Shown here piece by piece: positions 35,887-43,056 of a stretch of 43,056 nucleotides of DNA. Location of the stretch: NCBI GenBank assembly GCA_034178965.1, contig JAXFQM010000019.1, forward strand, positions 1 to 43,056, written 5' to 3'. The notes below the pieces were generated by a model. The model made no database searches and had not been told where the DNA came from. It saw only the letters and a program-made list of their open reading frames with translations. This DNA is from Bacteroidales bacterium (GTDB lineage: Bacteria; Bacteroidota; Bacteroidia; Bacteroidales; P3). Made by a program: the position numbers and the translations under genes. Each line of letters starts with the position of its first letter. Positions within the stretch are counted from its first letter, which is position 1.

Positions 35887-37062
35887 ATGTTATATTATTT
35901 ATTTGAATGGCTTGACAAGATAGACTTCCCTGGAGCGGGGGCCTTCCATTACATCTCCACCCGTTCCGCCCTGTCATTCATTGTGAGTTTGTTGCTGATG
36001 CTGTTGTGCGGCAAGCCATTCATCAAATGGCTTAAGAAGAAACAAATTGGCGAAACCGTGCGGCATTTGGGGCTTGAGGGTCAAGAAGCCAAAGCGGGAA
36101 CACCAACCATGGGCGGCCTGCTAATACTGGGAGCCATTGTCATCCCCACATTACTATTTGCCAAACTGGACAACCCCTACATCCTTATCATGCTCTTCAC
36201 TACCGTGTGGCTGGGATTAGTGGGTTTCATGGACGACTATATTAAAGTGTTTCGCCACAACAAGGAGGGGTTGGCTGGAAAATATAAAATCATGGGACAG
36301 GTGGTTTTGGGCATTGTGGTGGGCATCTCCATCATGTACATCCCCGGCTTGGCGGAAAACGCCACACGAACCACCATTCCTTTTGTCAAGGGGCACGAAC
36401 TGGACTATTCCAAGATTATCACATGGATGGGGCCTTGGGCCGAGAAATGGGTGTGGCTGCTGTACGCGCTGGTGGTCATTTTGGTGGTCACCGCCATGAG
36501 CAACGCCGCCAACCTCACCGACGGCATCGATGGCCTGGCAACGGGCGTGGCGGCAGTGAACGGAGGCGCTTTGGCTATCCTTGCCTGGTTGAGCGGCAAC
36601 GTCATCTTCGCGCAATACCTTAATATCATGTATCTTTCCAATATCGGTGAACTGGCTGTCTTCAGCACCGCCTTTATGGGTGCCACGCTGGGCTTTCTTT
36701 GGTTCAACACGCACCCCGCCGAGATATTCATGGGAGACACCGGCTCCTTGGCTTTGGGGGGCATCATCGCCGTCTTTGCCTTGCTTATCAAGAAAGAATT
36801 GCTTCTGCCCCTGCTTTGCGGCATCTATTTAGTGGAGGACCTTAGCGTTATCATACAACGCATTGGTACCAAGAATGCAAGAAAAAAGCGCCACATACCG
36901 GCTGGCACGCCAGTGCCAGTGGAGATGCGACCATTTCTTATGACACCATTGCATCACCACTATCAGAAAAAAGGAATGAAAGAAGAGAAGATTGTGATGC
37001 GCTTTATCATCGTGGCCATTCTACTCGCTATTACAACCATCATCACTTTGAAGATTAGATAA
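35887..37062 (+). CDS. mraY: phospho-N-acetylmuramoyl-pentapeptide-transferase
   Basis: 391 aa, polytopic. Motifs seen: ...GTPTMGG..., ...NAANLTDGIDGLA..., ...GDTGSLALGG..., ...PLHHHY.... Confidence 0.9.
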   Translation: MLYYLFEWLDKIDFPGAGAFHYISTRSALSFIVSLLLMLLCGKPFIKWLKKKQIGETVRHLGLEGQEAKAGTPTMGGLLILGAIVIPTLLFAKLDNPYILIMLFTTVWLGLVGFMDDYIKVFRHNKEGLAGKYKIMGQVVLGIVVGISIMYIPGLAENATRTTIPFVKGHELDYSKIITWMGPWAEKWVWLLYALVVILVVTAMSNAANLTDGIDGLATGVAAVNGGALAILAWLSGNVIFAQYLNIMYLSNIGELAVFSTAFMGATLGFLWFNTHPAEIFMGDTGSLALGGIIAVFALLIKKELLLPLLCGIYLVEDLSVIIQRIGTKNARKKRHIPAGTPVPVEMRPFLMTPLHHHYQKKGMKEEKIVMRFIIVAILLAITTIITLKIR

Positions 37063-37065
37063 GTC

Positions 37066-37605
37066 ATGACCATAGAAACTTTAGCACGACAGGGAAATGC
37101 GGAAAGCCATGGTGGGCTGGCAGGCATGGACATTGCAAAATTGAGCCAACTACGCAACGAACAGATGAAAAACTGCTTCCGCCATTTCGACACCACGCCC
37201 CATCGCCTGGAATATGTAGCCAAAATAGGCGGAACGGAATTTATTAACGATGCCGCGGCGCGCAATGTGAGCGCAACTTGGTACAGTCTGGATAATATCG
37301 ACGGGCCTGTGGTGTGGATTGCAGTGGGCAGCAGCAAAAAGGAGAACTACTCCATGTTGAGGCAAGTGGTGCAGCAAAAGGTGCGTGTGCTTATTTGCGT
37401 GGGAGACCACATTGACCAACTAATGAGCGACTTCACCAGCCTCATTCCCGTGGTGGAAGAGGCATTCACGGTGGAGGAAGCCGTGCACAAGGCTTATTAC
37501 AACCAGGCAGAAGTGCGCAAAGTGATTTTTTCGCCCGCTTGCGACTGCGGTATTGCAAACAAGCATATCGGAGAACGTTATTGCAACGAAATTAACGAGT
37601 TATGA
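37066..37605 (+). CDS. MurD C-terminal-domain-only protein (truncated, motif-degenerate murD homolog; possible relic/pseudogene)
   Basis: 179 aa in the murD slot. It aligns by eye to E. coli MurD from about ...GLPHRFEVV...INDSKATN... to the C-terminus (here TTPHRLEYVAKIGGTEFINDAAARN ... VIFSPACDCGIANKHIGERY). There is no N-terminal Rossmann-like domain and no GxxGKT/S P-loop. The ATG lies 3 nt after the mraY stop, and the stop overlaps the ftsW ATG. Confidence 0.7.
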   Translation: MTIETLARQGNAESHGGLAGMDIAKLSQLRNEQMKNCFRHFDTTPHRLEYVAKIGGTEFINDAAARNVSATWYSLDNIDGPVVWIAVGSSKKENYSMLRQVVQQKVRVLICVGDHIDQLMSDFTSLIPVVEEAFTVEEAVHKAYYNQAEVRKVIFSPACDCGIANKHIGERYCNEINEL

Positions 37606-38822
37606 GACGTCTTGCCAACATATTCAAGGGCGACAAGGTGATATGGGCTGTGTTCATGCTGCTCACGCTCATCTCGCTCATCGCCGTTTACAGTGCCATA
37701 GGGCGCGTGGCCGTCACTGGCGGCCATTCTCCCGTTTCGTCGTGGGGCAAGCACGTGTTGTTCGTGACACTCGCATACCTCATCGTGATTGCTTTTGCAA
37801 ACCTCAACTATCGTCGCTTTGCCAAGTGGGCGCGTGTGGCGTTTTGGGTTTCCATTGCATTAGTGGTGTATGTGCTTGTTTTTTGCGAAGGCCGTTGGAT
37901 CTCCATACCCGGTTTCGGCTCTTTCCAGCCCAGCGAACTTACCAAGGTGACCCTATTGGCCATGTTGGCCGGCATGCTGACAAAAAACAAAGAACACCTG
38001 GACGACTTGGGCCTTTTCTTTCAAATTATGTTCATCGTCATCATCGCCGCAGGCTTCATCCTCCCAGAAAACCTGTCCACGGCTTTGCTGCTCGTCGTCG
38101 TCTGCTTTGTAGAACTTTATTTTGGCGGAATAAACCGCAAGTATTTTTGGCGCACGGTGGCCTTTTTGGGCATTTTGGGCGCGGTGGGCCTCACCGCCGC
38201 CGTAGTGACCTACAAAAACGGCAATCCAGGCAACGGCATCTACGAACGCTCTGCCACTTGGGGGCACCGCATAGACAGTTGGATGAACCCCAATCCACAA
38301 GAACTGACGCAAGAGAACATGGCACGCATGGCCATTGCATCGGGGAAAATAAAGGGGGTGGGAGTTGGACACACCGTTCATGCCCGTTTGATGACACAGG
38401 CGGAGAACGACTTTATCTACGCCATCATCATAGAGGAATCGGGCATGGGAGCGGGTCTCTTTGTGCTGTTTCTCTATACCATGCTCTTCTATCGTTGCCT
38501 TAAGATGGCCAGACGATGCAAAGGCATGTTCGGCTCGTTGATGTTGGTGGGATATGGCTCATTAATATACATACAGGCTTTGGTGAACATGGCTGTGGCT
38601 GTGGGTGCCATGCCTGTAACAGGGCAAACGCTGCCGCTCATCAGCAATGGTGGAACGGCGTACCTGTGCATGGCCATGGCGGTGGGAGTCATACAGTCGG
38701 TATGCTATGACACGCTAAAACAAGAAAAGGAAATCAAGGATAAAATACACGACGACATGGAGTTTGAGGAGGTAAAAAACTTAAGCGAACAGATAATGAA
38801 CGGAACGAACGCAAACCTGTAA
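37602..38822 (+). CDS. ftsW: FtsW/RodA/SpoVE-family peptidoglycan glycosyltransferase (FtsW)
   Basis: 406 aa, about 10 TM segments. It carries SEDS-type motifs (...FQPSELTKV..., ...DFIYAIIIEESG..., ...TGQTLPLISNGGTA...) and sits in the dcw slot. Confidence 0.88.
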   Translation: MRRLANIFKGDKVIWAVFMLLTLISLIAVYSAIGRVAVTGGHSPVSSWGKHVLFVTLAYLIVIAFANLNYRRFAKWARVAFWVSIALVVYVLVFCEGRWISIPGFGSFQPSELTKVTLLAMLAGMLTKNKEHLDDLGLFFQIMFIVIIAAGFILPENLSTALLLVVVCFVELYFGGINRKYFWRTVAFLGILGAVGLTAAVVTYKNGNPGNGIYERSATWGHRIDSWMNPNPQELTQENMARMAIASGKIKGVGVGHTVHARLMTQAENDFIYAIIIEESGMGAGLFVLFLYTMLFYRCLKMARRCKGMFGSLMLVGYGSLIYIQALVNMAVAVGAMPVTGQTLPLISNGGTAYLCMAMAVGVIQSVCYDTLKQEKEIKDKIHDDMEFEEVKNLSEQIMNGTNANL

Positions 38823-38843
38823 CCTACTAAAACCATCGGCAAC

Positions 38844-39962
38844 ATGAAGGCAATCATCAGCGGAGGAGGCAGCGGAGGGCATATTTTCCCCGCCATAGCC
38901 ATAGCAAACACCATCAAGAAACGTCACCCTGGCGCGAATGTTCTTTTTGTCGGCGCCAAAGGAAAGATGGAGATGGAAAAGGTGCCTGAGGCTGGCTACA
39001 AGATAGAAGGCCTGCCCATAACTGGCTTGCAACGCAAACCGACGTTGAAGAATCTGTTTTTCAACATGACGGTGCCTTTCAAAATGGTGCGCAGCCAACT
39101 GATGGTAAAACGCATCCTGCATGATTTCCAGCCCGACATAGTGGTGGGGGTGGGTGGCTATGCTAGTGCGCCAACGTTGAAGACGGCTGCTAAAATGGGC
39201 TTACCCACACTGCTGCAGGAGCAGAACTCCTACCCCGGACTCACCAATAAGATGCTCGCCAAAAGCGCCAAAACCATTTGTGTTGCCTACGAAGGTTTGG
39301 AACAATTTTTCCCTGCCGAAAAGATTGTATTAACAGGCAACCCCGTGCGCGCCGCCATAGAAAACATGACATGTACGCGCGAAGAGGGCATTCGCCATTT
39401 CGCACTGAAAGAAGAACGCCCCGTGGCGTTATGCGTGGGAGGCAGCTTGGGTGCCAGCAGCATCAACCGAATGATAATACGCCATCTTGACTTTTTTATC
39501 AGTCATAAAATTCAACTCATTTGGCAAACAGGCAAATGGATGTATAACGAGGCGGTACAAGCAGTGCAGGAGGCTGGTGTGGGCGAGTGGGTTGAGGTCC
39601 ACCCTTTCATCAACCATATGGACTATGCCTATGGAGCCGCCGACGTGGTCATTTCCCGCGCAGGTGCCATCGCCATCAGCGAACTTTGCCTGGTGGGCAA
39701 ACCTGTCATCCTAATCCCCTCTCCCAATGTAGCCGAAGACCACCAGACCCGTAACGCCCTCGCTCTCGCCAATAAAGGAGCTGCCGCGTTGATTCCCGAT
39801 GCGGAATGCGACCCCAAAGGCCTGCACACACTGCTTGAATTGATGAACGACGCGCAACGGCGCAAAACAATGAGCGAGGCCATTGTGGAACTTGGAAAGC
39901 GACAAGCAGCAGAGAAAATTGTGGATGAAATAGATAAAATCGTTTTGGAGGTTAAGGGTTAA
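38844..39962 (+). CDS. murG: undecaprenyldiphospho-muramoylpentapeptide beta-N-acetylglucosaminyltransferase
   Basis: 372 aa. Motifs seen: GGGSGGHIFPAIAIA, ...GGSLGA..., ...SRAGA....E........I..P....DHQ..NA. Confidence 0.9.
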   Translation: MKAIISGGGSGGHIFPAIAIANTIKKRHPGANVLFVGAKGKMEMEKVPEAGYKIEGLPITGLQRKPTLKNLFFNMTVPFKMVRSQLMVKRILHDFQPDIVVGVGGYASAPTLKTAAKMGLPTLLQEQNSYPGLTNKMLAKSAKTICVAYEGLEQFFPAEKIVLTGNPVRAAIENMTCTREEGIRHFALKEERPVALCVGGSLGASSINRMIIRHLDFFISHKIQLIWQTGKWMYNEAVQAVQEAGVGEWVEVHPFINHMDYAYGAADVVISRAGAIAISELCLVGKPVILIPSPNVAEDHQTRNALALANKGAAALIPDAECDPKGLHTLLELMNDAQRRKTMSEAIVELGKRQAAEKIVDEIDKIVLEVKG

Positions 39963-39986
39963 AAGCCAAACATAATTGAGAAAGCA

Positions 39987-41501
39987 ATGAAATACTATTT
40001 TTTAGGAATAGGAGGAATTGGCATGAGCGCCTTGGCTCGCTACTTCAAGCAGCGTGGCGACGACGTGTGGGGCTACGATAGAACCCCTTCTCCCCTCACC
40101 AAGGAATTAGAAAAAGAGGGCATCTCTATCCACTATGCAGACAACCCTGTAGAAATTCCCGCCGACATAGACCTGGCCATATATACGCCTGCAATACCAG
40201 AAGACACGCTGGAGTTTCAAGCGTTGAAGGCAAGTGGCGTGCGCATGGAAAAACGATCCCAAATGTTGGGCGAACTGACTCGGGACAAGAAATGCATCGC
40301 CGTGGCTGGTAGCCATGGAAAAACGACCACTACGGCTATGATAGCACATCTGCTAAACGCCAGCAAACAAGGATGCAGCGCTTTCCTTGGCGGGATTTCG
40401 AAGAATTTCCACAGCAACCTGCTTGTCAACAACGACAGCGAGTGGATGGTAGTGGAAGCAGACGAATACGATCGCAGTTTCTTTCAACTACATCCTTATT
40501 ACTCTGTCATCACGGCCACCGACCCAGACCACTTGGACATTTACGGCAACCACAAGAACTTAATAGAGGCCTTTGAGCAGTTTGCAAACCAAACCGACCC
40601 CGCTGGACGTATCTTTCTAAAAGAGGGGGTTGGCTTCCTTGACGAGAGTAACGAAACGATAGGGCATGGCAAACACTTTACTGGCAAATTCATGGTTGTC
40701 GGCAAGGATATCCAAGAACTTCAAGGCGACACAACCCATACAGAATCGGCGCGTTCTTTAACGAACCACTGCCAACACGACCACGGAGAAGCCCTTCACG
40801 GCTTGAAACTGGCAGAAGGTCTCTCCGCACAAACTTATAGTGCCGACAGTCTTGTTAGCGATTACTACGCCATCAATGTGCGCTCCCATCGCGGAAACAT
40901 CTTTTTCGACCTACGCACCCCACAAGGCGTATATTACGACCTACAACTCGTCAACTCCAGCTTTTTTAACGTGGAAAACGCCGTGGCTGCCTGTGCCGTA
41001 GCTTTCTCCGTGGGACTTAGTGAATATGAGGTGCGCGCCGCGTTGAAAAGCTTCAAAGGCGTGGTGCGCCGTTTTGACTACCACATAAACGAACCGTCTA
41101 TCGTCTATATCGACGACTACGCCCACCATCCGCAGGAGATATCTGCCGCTATCGCGTCGGCAAGGCTCCTTTACAAGGACAAGCGCATTGTGGGTGTATT
41201 TCAGCCACACCTTTATAGCCGAACGGCAGATTTGTACAAGGAGTTTGCCGAGGCGTTATCGCCCTTGGACGAAATTGTACTGATGGATATTTATCCCGCT
41301 CGTGAGAAGCCGATTCCTGGCGTCACTTCACGGCTTATCTTAAATGAGATACACAGCATGAACAGGTACATCGTAGACCGCAAGGACGTTCCCAGCGTGG
41401 TTGTTGCACTTTGCCCCGATGTGGTCATCACAATGGGTGCTGGCGACATAGACCGTCTGGTGCCTGACATAGAAAAAGCCCTTCGCGAAAACATGGAATG
41501 A
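39987..41501 (+). CDS. murC: UDP-N-acetylmuramate--L-alanine ligase (with a lineage-specific internal insertion)
   Basis: 504 aa. Motifs seen: GIGGIGMSALA, P-loop GSHGKTTTT, EADEYDRSF, DDYAHHPQEI. A His/Gln/Thr-rich segment at about aa 217-283 has no counterpart that I recognise in MurC. Confidence 0.88.
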   Translation: MKYYFLGIGGIGMSALARYFKQRGDDVWGYDRTPSPLTKELEKEGISIHYADNPVEIPADIDLAIYTPAIPEDTLEFQALKASGVRMEKRSQMLGELTRDKKCIAVAGSHGKTTTTAMIAHLLNASKQGCSAFLGGISKNFHSNLLVNNDSEWMVVEADEYDRSFFQLHPYYSVITATDPDHLDIYGNHKNLIEAFEQFANQTDPAGRIFLKEGVGFLDESNETIGHGKHFTGKFMVVGKDIQELQGDTTHTESARSLTNHCQHDHGEALHGLKLAEGLSAQTYSADSLVSDYYAINVRSHRGNIFFDLRTPQGVYYDLQLVNSSFFNVENAVAACAVAFSVGLSEYEVRAALKSFKGVVRRFDYHINEPSIVYIDDYAHHPQEISAAIASARLLYKDKRIVGVFQPHLYSRTADLYKEFAEALSPLDEIVLMDIYPAREKPIPGVTSRLILNEIHSMNRYIVDRKDVPSVVVALCPDVVITMGAGDIDRLVPDIEKALRENME

Positions 41502-41528
41502 CTCCATTATCCAAAAACACCAAACAAG

Positions 41529-42314
41529 ATGAAACGCAGTACACAGACAGCCATTTACGTCGTTGGAACCCTAATATTATTGGGGTTGCTGGTGTTTAGT
41601 AACATGGCGCGTCGTAACGCTCCTGTGCGCAGCGTTAAAGCCATTATCGACTACCAGTCGGGTGACACTCTGCTTTCTACCCAACACTTGGAAGAGGAAG
41701 TGACAAAGAAGATGCCTACATTGTTAGGGATGATGGTGAAAGACGTGAAGAAAGAGGAAGTGTGGAAAGCCGCAACGAGCAACCCCTTTGTTCAAGAATG
41801 CCGCGTGAGTTTTGGAGTGGGTGGCGACGTAAGGCTTCAAGTGCAGCAGCACGTTCCAATACTGCATCTCTTCTATTTAGGGCGTGAATTCTATTTGGAC
41901 AAGGACGGCAACGCCTTGCCCCCCAGCGGGGAACACATGGCCGACGTAATGATTTGTAACGGATACTTTAACATCAAATTGCCGCAAGTCCTCGATTCCG
42001 TCTCATATGAGCAGATGAAAAAAACGCGTAACCAACGTCTCATCCGTGTTTACAACCTGGCTCTTTTTCTCTACAACAATCCCGAGTACGGTGTGTTGTT
42101 CGACCAAGAATATATGAACGAGGAGGGAGACCTTTGCCTGGTTCCAAAGGTAGGCGACCACATTGTCGTGGTGGGTTCCGACGATGACCTCGACCGCAAG
42201 TTCCACGACCTGCTGGCTTTCTATCGCGAAGGCCTGCAACAAGTGGGCTGGGACACCTACAGGCAGATAAGCTTAAAGTATAAACATCAGGTCATTGGCA
42301 CGAGGCGGGAATAA
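41529..42314 (+). CDS. ftsQ: cell division protein FtsQ/DivIB-like
   Basis: 261 aa with an N-terminal TM anchor (TAIYVVGTLILLGLLVF) followed by a POTRA-like region. It sits in the slot between murC and ftsA. Confidence 0.7.
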   Translation: MKRSTQTAIYVVGTLILLGLLVFSNMARRNAPVRSVKAIIDYQSGDTLLSTQHLEEEVTKKMPTLLGMMVKDVKKEEVWKAATSNPFVQECRVSFGVGGDVRLQVQQHVPILHLFYLGREFYLDKDGNALPPSGEHMADVMICNGYFNIKLPQVLDSVSYEQMKKTRNQRLIRVYNLALFLYNNPEYGVLFDQEYMNEEGDLCLVPKVGDHIVVVGSDDDLDRKFHDLLAFYREGLQQVGWDTYRQISLKYKHQVIGTRRE

Positions 42315-42369
42315 AGGCAAACAATCAATCTACAAAGTGTAAATATTGATCAATAAATACGTAAAACTC

Positions 42370-43056
42370 ATGAGTAACCAGATTATTGTAGGTCTCGACA
42401 TAGGCACCACGAAAATAGCTTGCTTTGTGGGACAACGCGACGAGACCACCAAAAAAGTCCGCATACTTGGCTACGGCAAGACCGAGTCTATAGGAGTGGA
42501 ACATGGCGTGGTGAAGAATATCATCACCACTGCCGATAGCATCAAGCGCGCAGTGTCTATTGCGGCCGATCAGGCCGATGTGGACATCAAGGAAGTCTAT
42601 GTAGGAATCGCAGGGCAGCACATCAAGAGCCGAAAGAACCAAGGCAGTATCATGATTCCACCAGGACACAACTTCATCACCCAGGAAGATGTGTATAAAC
42701 TCATTGAGGACCAGCACCACATCATGCTTTCGCCTGGAGAGGAAATAATACATGTGTTTCCGCAGAATTACATTGTGGACGGAGAACCGTTAAGTGTGGA
42801 CGTAAACCCCGTGGGCGTAGCTGGAAATCAACTGAAAGGCAACTTCCACATCGTGACGGGCAACAAAACCAACCTCACGAACATCCGCAGTGCTGTCCAA
42901 CGTGCCGACCTAAAGATATTGGGCGTGGTGCTCGAACCCGTGGCTTCGGCAATAGCCACGCTTGACGACCGTGACCGTGAAGCCGGCGTGGCTTTGGTAG
43001 ACATTGGAGGCGGCACCACTGACATTGCCATCTTCCAAGACGGATACATCTGCTAC
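42370..43056 (+). CDS. ftsA: cell division protein FtsA, N-terminal part (runs off the window)
   Basis: Hand translation from ATG 42370 gives MSNQIIVGLDIGTTKIACFVGQRDE...GVEHGVVKNI...VYVGIAGQHIKS...VDIGGGTTDIAIF. These are actin-like ATPase phosphate motifs. It is not in the ORF track because no stop falls inside the window. Confidence 0.88.
   Translation, partial: MSNQIIVGLDIGTTKIACFVGQRDETTKKVRILGYGKTESIGVEHGVVKNIITTADSIKRAVSIAADQADVDIKEVYVGIAGQHIKSRKNQGSIMIPPGHNFITQEDVYKLIEDQHHIMLSPGEEIIHVFPQNYIVDGEPLSVDVNPVGVAGNQLKGNFHIVTGNKTNLTNIRSAVQRADLKILGVVLEPVASAIATLDDRDREAGVALVDIGGGTTDIAIFQDGYICY

Noticed and set aside
1-43056. Search by eye for CRISPR arrays, tRNA/rRNA genes, transposases, integrases, toxin-antitoxin or defence-system genes
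   Set aside because: I saw no regularly spaced direct repeats of 25-40 nt, no tRNA-like T-arm (GGTTCGAATCC-type) in intergenic DNA, and no recombinase, nuclease or defence motifs in any credible ORF. The MORN/YwqK-like protein has a signal peptide and no adjacent toxin, so it is not called as a TA system.

Overview
This window looks like a core chromosomal segment of a Bacteroidota genome, probably Bacteroidales/Prevotellaceae-like with moderately high GC. That placement rests on TAnnTTTG-type promoter boxes, a T9SS sorting domain, the DUF4270/short glycogen-synthase pair, DUF4492-cydAB, and a Bacteroidetes-style dcw cluster without murF. Gene order: gmk (partial), a Pro-rich hypothetical, two tandem paralogous T9SS type-B-CTD surface proteins, recQ, maf, a MORN/YwqK-repeat protein, a DUF4270 lipoprotein, a short glycogen-synthase-like gene, a RecX-DUF3078 fused ORF, a DUF62 SAM hydrolase. 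Then DUF4492-cydA-cydB-TIGR02757, desulfoferrodoxin, ribE, DPP-IV-like S9 peptidase, polyprenol-P-mannose synthase, mnmA, an MBL-fold hydrolase, ftsY, rimO. The window ends with the dcw cluster mraZ-rsmH-ftsL-ftsI-murE-mraY-(murD relic)-ftsW-murG-murC-ftsQ-ftsA (partial). I found no rRNA, tRNA, CRISPR array, transposase or integrase. Most of the window is ordinary housekeeping. The points worth a second look are: (1) the murD slot holds only a 179-aa, motif-degenerate MurD C-terminal domain that is still translationally coupled to its neighbours; (2) RecX is fused in frame to a DUF3078 protein carrying an internal signal peptide; (3) the divergent tandem T9SS type-B cargo pair has an unrecognised Cys-containing N-terminal domain and no adjacent porP/sprF-like gene; (4) an 11-nt-phased GC-rich dyad repeat (GGCAGCACCGT core) recurs at three intergenic loci; (5) helically phased TGG repeats upstream of mraZ resemble an MraZ operator. 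All functional calls come from motif recognition by eye in the supplied translations. No database search was run.
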